Shown: positions 7,878-18,708, counted from the first letter of the stretch. The stretch: 64,000 bases of DNA from Candidatus Poribacteria bacterium (GCA_965218095.1 OZ244587.1:672001-736000), one strand, 5' to 3'. The notes: generated by a model not told the origin, from the sequence alone. Made by a program: numbers and translations.

Positions 7878-9137
7878 GTGATAACAAAGACCTTCCCAAA
7901 ACGAACACTCCTCGCAGCACTTTCGATTGCCTTGGCAGGCAGCTTTTTGCTGTGCGGCTACGAGTTTATTCGGGCGGTATCAACCTCTTTGTTCATTGAT
8001 GCGTACGGTGCTAAAAACTTGCCTCGGGTGATGGTAGCGGTGCCGCTTGGCGTCTTCTTACTGCTTTATCTCTACGGTAGGCTGCTGTCGTGGTTGGGTG
8101 CGAAACGTGCGTTATTGTTGACGTCAATTTTGTCTGCGGCCCTGATTGCAGGCTGCTACAATCTGATTATCATGGGCTATGCTATCGCGGTGGCAGTGGC
8201 CTATGTTTTCCGTGAAGCATATATTGTGTTAATTATCGAACAATATTGGTCGCTTATCAATAGCACATTAAATCCGAAGCAGGCGCGTTGGATTAATGGA
8301 CCTTTTTGCGCGGTTGCGACGATTGGCTCAGTTACCGGCGGTTCCCTTGTTGCGTACCTCGCTCCATCTTTGGGTTCTGAGGTGTTGCTGCTATTCGTAG
8401 CAGGTTCGCTACTGCCCGCGGCATTGTTTGCGATGTTCGCTTATGCTGCCGCCGGTGAGCCTCAACCCGCAGCCACAGAGCAAGGCGGACGACAGGGACA
8501 TACAGGGTTGAAGGTACTTGCACGTTCCCGCTATCTAATTTTCCTATTCCTGCTCATCCTGACGACACAGGTTGTTTCGACGGTATTAGACCTACGATTT
8601 AATGGATTGGTCGAAACTGCTATTGTTGACAAAGATATGCGAACCGCCTTCTATGGGCGATTTTATGGGCAGTGGCTTGGTATCTCTGCTTTTGTTCTGC
8701 AACTCTGTGCGGGTTTTGTGTTGCGATTCATACCAATTCGCATCCTACATCCGGGCATTCCGCTGGTTCATCTGATTGCGGGTGCGGTGCTGACTGTAGC
8801 ACCTTCCCTGAGGAGTGGTGCGACCGCATTTCTGCTTTTCAAGACATTGGACTATTCGCTTTTCCGAGCGGCAAAAGAGATGCTTTATATTCCTTTATCG
8901 TTCGATGCCCGCTATCGGGCGAAACAGGTCATTGATTCTTTCGGTTATCGATTTGCTAAAGGTGGTAGTGCCGGCGTGATTACCGTAATCGGCTTTGTTA
9001 TGGCAATTCCGGGTGCCGCATATTCTATTACCGCGATGGTGATGGCAATCCTCTGGTCAGGGATTGTGCCGAACTTGACAAAGCAGTACCAAAATCTGGG
9101 GACACGCAATGATGGGAGAGAAGATATAGATGAATAA
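7878..9137 (+). CDS. Npt1/Npt2 (TLC, ATP/ADP antiporter-like) MFS transporter
   Basis: Multiple TM helices and the signature KTLDYSLFRAAKEMLYIPL...RYRAKQVIDSFGYRFAK. Confidence 0.8.
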   Translation: MITKTFPKRTLLAALSIALAGSFLLCGYEFIRAVSTSLFIDAYGAKNLPRVMVAVPLGVFLLLYLYGRLLSWLGAKRALLLTSILSAALIAGCYNLIIMGYAIAVAVAYVFREAYIVLIIEQYWSLINSTLNPKQARWINGPFCAVATIGSVTGGSLVAYLAPSLGSEVLLLFVAGSLLPAALFAMFAYAAAGEPQPAATEQGGRQGHTGLKVLARSRYLIFLFLLILTTQVVSTVLDLRFNGLVETAIVDKDMRTAFYGRFYGQWLGISAFVLQLCAGFVLRFIPIRILHPGIPLVHLIAGAVLTVAPSLRSGATAFLLFKTLDYSLFRAAKEMLYIPLSFDARYRAKQVIDSFGYRFAKGGSAGVITVIGFVMAIPGAAYSITAMVMAILWSGIVPNLTKQYQNLGTRNDGREDIDE

Positions 9138-9222
9138 AGACGACGGGTTCATTCGTTCATTCCACTTGGAGTAAATGTCCCTCTGGGTCCATATTTGATG
9201 TTTCGCACTAAGGAGATTATTA

Positions 9223-10047
9223 ATGGCTATCGTTGATACACACGCACATATCTATTCCGAAGACACCGAAACGTATCCGCAAATGCCGGAACCCTACTTG
9301 CCACCGCCCGGTCGAGGAACAATCGAAGACCTGAAAAGCGAGGTCGAGGCAAACAATGTTGATCGCGTTATCGTGGTTCAGACCTTCACCGTTTACCAGC
9401 ATGATAACCGGCTCACGATTGATACCGTGCGGGAAAATCAAGAATGGACGACCGGTGTTTTGAACCTCGATCCCTTTGACGATGAGTCGATAAGTTTAAT
9501 GGAAACGGCGCGTGCGATAGGCGTCCGCGGAAATCGTGTCTCAGTGGGCTGGCCGACGGATGACTCTGTCCTTCCGGAACATCGACACCTATGGGAAGCG
9601 GCGCAACGGTTGGATGTGGTGCTCTGTGCTTTACTCAACCCACCCAACTGCCGCTCGCTAGCGAGTCTGCTTGAAGCGTTTCCCGATGTCCCCGTTGTTC
9701 TGGATCACTGTGCCAATTTGAGAGCCACTGATTTTCCGGATTCTGACAATCTGCAAACGGTTCTGGCTCTTGCACAACTCAAGAATCTATACGCCAAACT
9801 GTCATTTATCGTCACTGGATCTGAAGATGAATTTCCCTGCCGTGATATGTTCGAGATGGTCCGGCAGATCATCGGGGCTTACACGCCGGAAAGATGTATA
9901 TGGGGCAGCGACTTTCCGACATCGCTCTGGATTCCCAAGGTGACGTACCGGCAGCATCTCGCAATCTTTCAGGAACATTTGGGGTTATCCGAAGCGGAAA
10001 AAGCTGCTATCTTAGGCGAAACTGCGATGAAACTCTGGTTTTCCTAA
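9223..10047 (+). CDS. Amidohydrolase family protein
   Basis: IVDTHAH, VVLDHC, NLYAKLS and WGSDFP motifs. Confidence 0.85.
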   Translation: MAIVDTHAHIYSEDTETYPQMPEPYLPPPGRGTIEDLKSEVEANNVDRVIVVQTFTVYQHDNRLTIDTVRENQEWTTGVLNLDPFDDESISLMETARAIGVRGNRVSVGWPTDDSVLPEHRHLWEAAQRLDVVLCALLNPPNCRSLASLLEAFPDVPVVLDHCANLRATDFPDSDNLQTVLALAQLKNLYAKLSFIVTGSEDEFPCRDMFEMVRQIIGAYTPERCIWGSDFPTSLWIPKVTYRQHLAIFQEHLGLSEAEKAAILGETAMKLWFS

Positions 10048-10108
10048 CGTGGAGCAGGTACTTCCACACTTGTCTGCTTACGTTTTACACATTACGGGGT
10101 AAATTCGC

Positions 10109-10137
10109 TTGCATCAGATCTGCCAACGCGGTATAAT
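10109..10137 (+). promoter_or_regulatory. Putative sigma70 promoter
   Basis: TTGCAT-17 nt-TATAAT upstream of the DUF6807 gene. Confidence 0.55.
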
Positions 10138-10234
10138 ATCAGGGTTTTGAGGCAGCGCAGAAAACCAGTCAATGCCTGACTTTCTCCCACCTCGCCAATT
10201 TCAGTTTGTTTCGGTTGAATCTTTTGGAGTTCCA

Positions 10235-11074
10235 ATGGCGCTCATATTAAACGAAGTTCTCGAATGCGAGTTTTCGCTTGCGGATGGAGACACCCCCATT
10301 CTCACCTATCACTACGGCCCCGACTTGTATAAACCGTATTTCCACCCAATCTATGCCCCGAATGGACAGGTTGTGACGGATGATGCCCCTGAAGATCATG
10401 TCCATCATCGCGGGTTATGTTTTGCATGGGGGAATGTGAATGGGGTCAACTATTGGGCAGAGATCAACTGCGATGAATCGGTCCGGGGGCGCATCGTTCA
10501 CCGTGAATTTCAAGAAAAGGCTATCAGCGCAGATCTTGCCCGATTTGTTGTAATCAACGATTGGGTTGCGCCGGACGGAACCAAACCGATCAAAGAGGTC
10601 TGTCACATTACCGTTTACCAACCCCATCTCGACTTTCACACCATCGACCTACGCTTTGAACTCCATGCACAATCAACAGACGTGGTCATGGGAACGCCTC
10701 CTGAATATCACGGGTTGTGCTATCGTGCGGCGGAGGCGGAGTACCGGAAGGTCGTCAACGCTGACAGCCGTCTTGGAGAACTGGAAGCCAAAGGCAAGCC
10801 TTCCCAGTGGTGTGAGCTCGGCTGCGTGTTGGGGGACCAGTCTGTTGGCTTCGCGATTTTTGATCACCCTTCAAACTTACGGCATCCGACCAGATTCTTC
10901 GCCCTGGATGAGGCTTTTGGATTCATTTCCACTTCTTTCGCTCATGATGAACCATACACTATATCTGCCGGTGAGACGCTTACCTTGAAATACCGCCTTC
11001 TCATTCATCTTGGGGACCTTTTCACATTTAACCTGTGGGAATGCTACAAGGAATACGCTAGGTCAGAAGATTGA
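10235..11074 (+). CDS. DUF6807/PmoA-like family protein
   Basis: KPYFHPI...DHVHHRGL...AIFDHPSNLRHPT. An alternative start is at 10172. Confidence 0.75.
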   Translation: MALILNEVLECEFSLADGDTPILTYHYGPDLYKPYFHPIYAPNGQVVTDDAPEDHVHHRGLCFAWGNVNGVNYWAEINCDESVRGRIVHREFQEKAISADLARFVVINDWVAPDGTKPIKEVCHITVYQPHLDFHTIDLRFELHAQSTDVVMGTPPEYHGLCYRAAEAEYRKVVNADSRLGELEAKGKPSQWCELGCVLGDQSVGFAIFDHPSNLRHPTRFFALDEAFGFISTSFAHDEPYTISAGETLTLKYRLLIHLGDLFTFNLWECYKEYARSED

Positions 11075-11339
11075 TTCAAGATAGGCTGAGTATAAATATA
11101 CCATCCGGAACATGCACCCTCAAAGGACCAAAACGCAAATATCCCGCCTGGAAAGTACGAAGTTGGGAAAATACGCGCAACCGCCTTGTCCAATACACAG
11201 AATATAATCCGATTACCGACTGGGTTTGGACTCGGCGTGGGATGGAACAACATATCACCTCGACTTACGGTGTAATTGTAACCGGGTCGTTTGCGGTCAC
11301 ACCAATTTGTCCAAAAAGAGTAAAAAGGTCGTAAGAACA

Positions 11340-12743
11340 ATGAAGCCGAAAATTCCAACCAGAACGCAATTACTATTATACAAAGCAGCTCCAACATTGG
11401 AGTCCGTCAACATAACTCAGCCACAGGTCGCTCGGCGGGTTTATATCGAAACCTACGGCTGTCAGATGAACGTGAGTGATAGCGAGCTGATGTCGGGCAT
11501 CTTAACCCGAAACGGCTACGAAATGGTGGATCGACTCGAAAAGGCCAACGTTGTGCTTCTCAATACCTGTGCCATCCGCGAAAATGCTGAAGAGAAGGTT
11601 CTCAATCGTCTCATACACCTGCATCATCGAAAACGGGTACAATCAGATCTGGTTCTCGGCGTGTGCGGTTGCATGGCACAACACATGAAAACAAAACTGA
11701 TCGATGCCGCACCTTATGTGGATTTCGTGTTGGGACCTGACGCCTACCGGAATTTACCGATGGCAATCCATTCAGTGACGACGGGGTACCCATTCCTCGG
11801 CTTAAAGCTGGACAGAGGCGAGGATTATGCGGACATCGCTCCCATTCGCAAGGATGGCGTCCGGTCATGGCTGACCATCCAACGTGGATGCGACAAGATG
11901 TGTACCTTCTGCATCGTGCCGTTTGTACGTGGACGTGAGCGAAGCATCCCGCTACACCTGCTGGTTGATGATGTAAAAAGGCTTGTTGATGAAGGCTTCA
12001 AAGAAGTTGTCCTCCTCGGTCAGACGGTGAACTCTTATGACGATGGAACGCATAATTTCGGGGCCCTCCTGTTTGCAGTGAGCAAAGTTGAAGGAATCGA
12101 GCGGATACGCTTCACTTCGCCACATCCAAGCGATGCCACCGATGCCCTGATTGAGGCGATGGCGAGCTGCGATAAGGTCTGCAACCAAATCCATTTGCCG
12201 CTGCAATCCGGTTCGACGAGGGTGCTGAAAACCATGCGACGCACGTATACGGCGGAGGCGTACCGAGAACTCGTCGCCAAAATGCGAGAGCACATCCCAA
12301 ATATCTCAATCTCCACAGACGTAATTGTCGGCTTCTGCGGCGAGACAGAGGAAGACTTCATGGAGACGTACAACCTCATGGCTGAGATTCGCTACGACTC
12401 GGCATTCATGTTCAAGTATTCGTCCCGCGAAGGCACACTGGCGCACAGAACCCTTGACGACGACGTGATCAATGAAGAGAAGGGACGGCGCTTGCGAGAA
12501 ATCATCGAACTGCAAGAAGACATCTCACACGAAATCAATCAGGGGTTAATCAGCGAGACCGTGGAGGTTTTGGTCGAAGGAGAATCCCGCCGGGAGGCGG
12601 AGAAGTATCAGGGTAAAACCGATGGTTTCAAAACAGCCGTGTTTCCGAAGGAGAGTTCGCAGGTTGGCGATCTCGTCCGTGTGAAAGTCGAATCTGCGAC
12701 AGCACATACGTTGATTGGATCGATTGTCCCTACGCCGCTGTAA
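11340..12743 (+). CDS. miaB: tRNA-2-methylthio-N6-isopentenyladenosine synthase MiaB
   Basis: ETYGCQMN, LNTCAIRE, GCDKMCTFCIVP, RIRFTSPHP and a C-terminal TRAM domain. Confidence 0.93.
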   Translation: MKPKIPTRTQLLLYKAAPTLESVNITQPQVARRVYIETYGCQMNVSDSELMSGILTRNGYEMVDRLEKANVVLLNTCAIRENAEEKVLNRLIHLHHRKRVQSDLVLGVCGCMAQHMKTKLIDAAPYVDFVLGPDAYRNLPMAIHSVTTGYPFLGLKLDRGEDYADIAPIRKDGVRSWLTIQRGCDKMCTFCIVPFVRGRERSIPLHLLVDDVKRLVDEGFKEVVLLGQTVNSYDDGTHNFGALLFAVSKVEGIERIRFTSPHPSDATDALIEAMASCDKVCNQIHLPLQSGSTRVLKTMRRTYTAEAYRELVAKMREHIPNISISTDVIVGFCGETEEDFMETYNLMAEIRYDSAFMFKYSSREGTLAHRTLDDDVINEEKGRRLREIIELQEDISHEINQGLISETVEVLVEGESRREAEKYQGKTDGFKTAVFPKESSQVGDLVRVKVESATAHTLIGSIVPTPL

Positions 12744-12772
12744 AGTAAATTGTAAGGATTATATCATTGAGG

Positions 12773-13492
12773 ATGAACCAGATGGCTAAGCCGAATCTGC
12801 TGCTGGTTAGTGCAACAGAGCTTGAATCCGGTACTATCCAAAGTGCTCTCGGAGATGCCAAAACCACCCAGCACGCTGGCAAAGCAGTGATCGTCGGAAA
12901 TTTATGCGGCTGGCGATGCACGTTGCTTCACACCGGTATCGGTACTGTCAACGCAGCGCACGCGCTGACTTGCCAGCTCGAACAGCAACTGCCTGACTTA
13001 GTCATTTAATTTGGGATCGGCGGTGCTTATGTGCCGACAGATTTGATCTGTTGTTCTAGCGACAGAGGAGATTTACGGCGATGTCGGCGTGGTGACACCT
13101 GAAGGTTGGAAACCAGCGGACAAAATTGGCCTCCCCTTGGTGCACGGTAGCCCACCTTACTTCAATCGTTTCCCACTGGATTCGAACTGGTTTCAACCGC
13201 CGCTGAGATTTGCGGAGTGAGAAGCGGCACATTTGTAACCGTTTCGCAGTGCAGCGGCGTTGAAGCGATCGGGGATGCCCTCCACGCTCGCTTCAACGCA
13301 CTGTGTGAAAATATGGAAGGTGCTGCCGCCGCCCATATTTGTACGCTATACGGTGTTCCATTTCTGGAGGTACGCAGCATCAGCAATCTGGTCGAAGATC
13401 GCCAACTTGCCCGGTGGGACATTCCAGGGGCAGCGGACGCCGCACAATCCGCTCTCATAAAAATTATCAGCGATATACCCCGAAATCTTTAA
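12773..13492 (+). pseudogene. mqnB: Futalosine hydrolase MqnB-like, disrupted
   Basis: TGIGTVNAA...FGIGGAY...ENMEGAAAAH...EVRSISNLVEDR. In-frame TAA at 13007-13009 plus downstream frameshifts. Confidence 0.75.
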
Positions 13493-13516
13493 TCGGGGTT
13501 CGTTTTTTCTAAAATA

Positions 13517-14467
13517 ACGCAAGTTGCTAGTTGAATATCCATGGAATTTCCGTTAGAGTATTTGTTAGCCAAAACAAAACTCTTAAACAGGAGAACCCCA
13601 TAGACTTACTCATCGTAGCATTTTATACCCTTTGTGACGATCTTTTAATTCAAAATGGACATCAAGATAACTCAAGAGCCAAAATGTCCGCCGCTGAAGT
13701 GATGACAACCGCATTAGTAGCTGCACAATTCTTCGGTGGCAATCAACAAATGGCGCGATGGCTACTCAAAGAACAGGGATATATTCCCGATATGCTCAGT
13801 AAGGCGTGATTCAATCGAAGACTCCATCAAATTACGCCCATGTTTCAAAGCCTTTTTGAATCGCTTGCCACCGATTGTAAAGCGAACAACCCGCATCAAC
13901 TGTATGCCATTGATACCTATCCTGTCCCAGCGTGTGACCCGATTCGGATTTATCGCTCTCAGTTGTATCAAGGCAAAGTTTGGCGAGGCAAGATAGCCAG
14001 TAAACGTCGATACTTTTATGGACTCAAATTGCATCTGATAGTGACCGAGAGGGGTATACCGGTCGAGCTCTTTTTGACACCGGGCAGTTGGAGCGATGTT
14101 GTGGGGTTGTGGTATTATCCGTTTGACTTGCCCCAAGGCGCGGTCGTTTATGCAGATAGACCGTACTGTAATTATGGGATTGAGGACGCGTTATCCGAGG
14201 ACGGTATTCTGCTCAAACCGTTGCGTAGACACAACAGTAAGCGTCAATATGAACCGTGGGAAATTTACCTGCACCATCGGTATAGGAAGCGTGTGGAAGT
14301 AACAAATAGCCTAATCACCCAACGATTACCACGGTCTATTCATGCTGCTCGGAGTCCCGATCTTATCGGGGCGGTGACGGCTGCTGGGTTTGAGATGAAA
14401 GTCGTTTTGTTTCTCATTGCAACTATGATTACCTTAATCATTACATAAACACACTAGCAACTTGCGT
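13517..14467 (+). mobile_element. IS982-family element, transposase interrupted by TGA at 13807-13809
   Basis: Terminal IRs ACGCAAGTTGCTAGT / ACTAGCAACTTGCGT, near-TSD TAAAATA/TAATATA, transposase motifs IDTYP, YFYGLKLH and RKRVE. Confidence 0.85.
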
Positions 14468-14568
14468 TAATATAAGATTCAATAATCACAGTTACCGAAC
14501 ATTAACGCCGTTCACGCCTTATCCCTCAGCGTATCGGTGTTCACCCTGGAGGGTAATAGGAGAACCCC

Positions 14569-15357
14569 ATGAATCACAAGCAGAAGTTAGGATATACACT
14601 CTTAGGTGCAGGGGTTATGGCAGTCGGTATCACTATCGGGCAGTTTGTTTCGCCGAACATCGAAGCGCAGAGCAATGGGGTGTTTGATGAGATTACTTGC
14701 CGAAGCCTATCGGTCGTTGATGAAAAGGGCGAAACAGAGATTGGCTTAGGAGAAAAAACTGTAGTTATCCGTGATAAGCAGGGGAGGTTAGCGGTTGTCT
14801 TATCAAGCAGGGAGGTAGGAAACGGGCTGACTGTCTTTGATAAGGGGAAAATCGCAGGGATGTTAGTAAGCAATAAAGAAGAAAACTTTGTGTCTATCTC
14901 TGATAAACAGGGGCAAAAAGCGGTTGGCTTATCAAGCAGGAAGGAAGTCAACGCCGTAATTGTCTCTGATAAACAGGGGAAAGAGGCGGTTTTCTTAGCA
15001 AGCACGGAGGGGAACAACGCTATAGTTGTCTCTGATAATCGGGGGAAAAATGCAGTTCGCTTATCAAGCGGTGACTTATCAAGTGGTGATAGGAGAAACG
15101 AAGTGAGTGTCCTTGATAAGCAGGGCAAAGCAGCGGTTCTATTAGGAAATGATTATCTTCGAGACACAAACTATATGCTTGTCCTTGATAATCAGGGGAG
15201 CAACGCAGTTGACTTAATAAGCACAGCGGGAGAAAATGGTGTGGCTGTCTATGATAAGAAGTCGGGTAAAACAGGGGTTCGCTTATACGCTGATGAAAGG
15301 GAGAATGGTATTACTGTGATGGATAAAGCGGGTAACATCAAATGGATAACACCTTAA
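14569..15357 (+). CDS. Exported protein with ~22-aa beta-strand repeats
   Basis: AGGAG RBS, N-terminal TM or signal segment, repeated [S/L]DKQGKxAVxLSS units. Confidence 0.75.
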   Translation: MNHKQKLGYTLLGAGVMAVGITIGQFVSPNIEAQSNGVFDEITCRSLSVVDEKGETEIGLGEKTVVIRDKQGRLAVVLSSREVGNGLTVFDKGKIAGMLVSNKEENFVSISDKQGQKAVGLSSRKEVNAVIVSDKQGKEAVFLASTEGNNAIVVSDNRGKNAVRLSSGDLSSGDRRNEVSVLDKQGKAAVLLGNDYLRDTNYMLVLDNQGSNAVDLISTAGENGVAVYDKKSGKTGVRLYADERENGITVMDKAGNIKWITP

Positions 15358-15549
15358 CAGGAAGGATTGATCATGAACGACTTGGTCACACAGTGAAGGA
15401 AACGGTCGGTCACGCCTACTCCTCGTATAACATTCCACTCAGATAGCCTGACTCAGGGCGTTTTTTAATTCGGTAGATTAGGCAAGATTTGGTTCATTGA
15501 AAGAGGAGTTGAGGGCTTCATTGAGCAGAATAGAAGGGAGAAAAGCGTA

Positions 15550-17271
15550 ATGAAAGAACGTTTATGGTAGATCTTAGAATTAATGGTACATTTGAATAAT
15601 ATCGTGAAGTGTGGTTTCGGGGTGATATTCTCGGTATCGCTTGATATTGGCAAAATCGTGTTCAATCGGATTGTAATCTGGAGAATAAGGCGGTAGGAAC
15701 ATCAGACTCGCTCCTGAAGCCTCTATCAACTCTCGGGTCCGAGGTGTTTTGTGAAGCCGCGCATTATCAAGGATTACAACCTGTTTTGAAGTCAAACGTG
15801 GACATAACTGTTCAGCTAACCAGTCATTGAAATCTACCGCTTTGCAGCTCCCTTTGAACACCCGTGCCGCAATAAGTGTCGCTGTCCGGGTGCGTTGGCT
15901 TGAGATAAGTCCAAAGACTTTTTCCCCTTTGGGTGCATACCCATAACGTCTATAACTTTCGTCTCGAAACCCACTCTCATCGACATAAACAAAAGACTTA
16001 CCAGAGGCTTTCACTTGTGCGAGTTGCTGAAGATACGCTTGTCGTTTTTCAGCGCATTGCTCCTTATATCCGAGACTTTTTTTTCGGGTGCAACCGATAT
16101 TTTTCAGCCCATACCCGATACAAGACTTTGACACACCAAAATGAGCTGCGCGCTCGGCGTAGGTCTGGTCTGGAAAATCAGCGACATGTTTTCTCAGCGC
16201 ATCGGGGTCAAGGGTTCGCGGGCGACGGGGCCCTGGTTTCTGACGTTTGAGCGGGTCAGGCGCATTCAACCACTTATACAGCGTTGAGCGGGCGACGGAA
16301 AAACGGCGGCTCGCTTCGGTCTTGCCACCGCCAGCTACGATAAAATCTAAGACGCGTTTGCGTAAATCTAAAGAATAGGCCATAATAACTATAGGATACC
16401 AGCAATATAAGAAAATGTCTACTTATTTATAGGGTTCGCCATAATAGCAATAAAGAACGTCAGCAAGAGTGGTTTCTCGTTCTTAACGAATTCTAAGTAC
16501 CTTAAGACCGCTTGTCCTCATGCGTATGAAGACTTTCGCAATCACGGCTACACGAATGTCGCTCTAGCCGTTTATGAATTCTGGCCTGGAAGCGATTTCC
16601 TGCGTCGAAATGGAGTCCTTCCGTATATGTTTCAACAAACACATAGCGATGCACTGCAGAGAACAGATGCACAAAGCATGATCGAACATGTTTACTTGAA
16701 CTTTATTTCAGGGGAAGGTGTGCATTCGTCGCAAGAGCAGCTTCGTGGTGCTAAGGAGAGGATGTATGTTCGCTACCGTGAAACCGATTTTGTAACCGGT
16801 GCCGAACTCTCTCGTTTCGGTGTTCCAGCGAATTTCTATTTGCAACAGGGCGGGCTGCAGCAAATTCTTAGAGACCTCCATCACAAATACGGCGTCGAGC
16901 TTAGTTATGTGGACGAAGGGGGCAATACGTGGTCGAGCGCGAAATTCAGAGAGCGGTTTCCGGAGCGGAATCTTGACTCCTGCGAATATTGCGGGTTGAG
17001 TCCCGTAGATTTGCATCACTTGTTGCCTCGTGATGACCATCCAAGCCTCATCTATGACGGCAACAACGTAGTACCGTTATGCGTTAACGTACATCAGCGT
17101 ATTACAAGGAAATGTTGGACGAGTAAGGAGAAGCGTGCCTACAACGACGCGTCGAAACTCTGGTTGCGGAGTTCAGCGAGGGAATGCCGTCGAGATGTGT
17201 TCAAAAGTGTTATGGAGCAGATTCATGCGAAGGTTTATGGGAATTCCTTCATCCTGAGGCCCACAAGATAA
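15550..17271 (+). pseudogene. HNH endonuclease gene interrupted by IS630 (residual ORF 16627-17271)
   Basis: CEYCG...LHHLLP...NVVPLCVNVHQRI HNH motif. Removing IS630 and one TA restores a continuous frame from ATG 15550. Confidence 0.7.
15563..16443 (-). mobile_element. IS630-family element copy 1 (transposase 15580-16383)
   Basis: MAYSLDLR HTH start and DDE motifs YVDESG, ILDNA and PPYSPDYNPIE. Imperfect IRs TATGGCGAACCCTATAAATAA / TATGGTAGATCTTAGAATTAA, with TA at both ends. Confidence 0.92.
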
Positions 17272-17283
17272 TGACCACCCCGC

Positions 17284-17562
17284 GTGAAGGAAATGCTCGA
17301 AAACGAAGGTGTGACGATAGCGGATCTGAAAAATGATGGAGAACTTCGTCGGGAGTGGTTGGTGAGACTCCGAGATGTACGCGGGACAAAGAAAAGGGAA
17401 AAGAGGGGGTCGGGAGATGATTTTTATAAAGTCATCGTCACCAATAACCTGTTTCGTCCACTTGGGTATAGAAAACCGAACCCGGGGCCTGCCTTTGAAG
17501 TCCTCGCTACCCTCATCGACCGCAAGTCCGTTAAGAGCAAGGTGCTGCTCGTAAGCGCGTAA
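17284..17562 (+). pseudogene. Fragment of a hypothetical gene
   Basis: Short ORF containing FYKVIVTNNLFRPLG, without a clear start. It looks truncated. Confidence 0.35.
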
Positions 17563-17786
17563 GCTTTCAATTGATGATCGACGATTCTCGCAAGATGTAG
17601 TAAACTACAAATAAGAGTGTGTGAGAAGTCCTATGAAACTCCGGGATCGGGGTTCATTTTGAGGTGGGGTCTGAAAAAATGCGACCGTTTCATTCCCAAA
17701 ATCGGCGACAATCAGCTTCGCAACCTTCCGAAGGTTAGCAAAGTGCCTCAAAAATGATACGACTGGGAAGGAGACACAAACAGGCT

Positions 17787-18512
17787 ATGGAAGACATCGA
17801 AAGTAAATTGGATCAATTAGAGCGGGACGGTTTCGTACTAATCAAGGGCGCACTGTCACCGGAAGAAACGGAACATATTCGGCAGCGGATTAACTATGCC
17901 CGTGAGATAGGCTGGGAGGAAGGACTCAACGCGGTCGGCAATATGTAGTTTGACACCTTGCTGGATCGGGAGCCGGAGACGTATGCTCCGTTGGTGGGTC
18001 ACCCAAGTGTTCGCCCTTACCTCGAGGGGATGATGGGTAAGCAGTGTCAACTGCGTAGCTACCGGGCACATATTAACCCGGGACCATACCTTCAAGAGTG
18101 GCATCTGGATTTCTATGGTTATTGGCAGGAGAAACGGGAGGCGAAAAAGCATCGGCTCGCGGTGCCTCCCATTGGCATCAACGCCACCTTCTATTTTCAG
18201 GACAATGGGCCCGGCTTAGGATACCTCAAGTATGTCAAAAACGGACACCTCGTCGAACCGCCCCACCTGTATCCCTTAGACCGTCCCAAGTTTGAAGCGT
18301 GGTGTGAGGCACAGAAGCATATCATCCTCTACCCGAAGGCTGGCGACTGTGTGGTGTTCATCAACCATATACCTCACCAAGGCGCGAAAGAACGGGATGA
18401 CATGGAGCGTAGCAACGTGGTCTGCCACTATCAGGTGACACCGATGTACGAGGGGATCTGGCACGTCGCACACCCGCGCGGATATGACGGAACATACCCG
18501 TTTGCGCGTTAA
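17787..18512 (+). pseudogene. Phytanoyl-CoA dioxygenase (PhyH) family, single in-frame stop
   Basis: LERDGFVLI...QEWHLD...KAGDCVVF..HIPHQG. TAG at 17946-17948 joins two in-frame ORFs. Confidence 0.8.
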
Positions 18513-18551
18513 CGGGTATACTGTCCACCGCCAGAAACTGCGCTTTTCGGC

Positions 18552-18615
18552 TGTCATTCTGAGGCTTTGTGAAGAATCTCAGCGTCAGAGATCCTTCACT
18601 TCGTTCCGGATGACA
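18552..18615. repeat. Palindromic intergenic element (TGTCATTCTGAG...GGATGACA type)
   Basis: The ends TGTCATTCTGA / TCCGGATGACA pair, as do the inner GTGAAGAATCTC / GAGATCCTTCAC. Confidence 0.6.
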
Positions 18616-18708
18616 ATCGCCTTCAAAAGCGCAATTTTACCCGACGCCGGGTATAATCAGACCTTGCGAAGGTTCCGAACCTTCGCAAGGTTGCATATGG
18701 TATTAACA

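Noticed and set aside
11071-11334. 87-aa ORF between the DUF6807 gene and miaB
   Set aside because: No recognisable motif or RBS, so it cannot be supported as a gene.
18484-18708. N-terminal extension of the GIY-YIG ORF
   Set aside because: It runs through two palindromic repeats and a TATAAT box. Family similarity begins near 18709.
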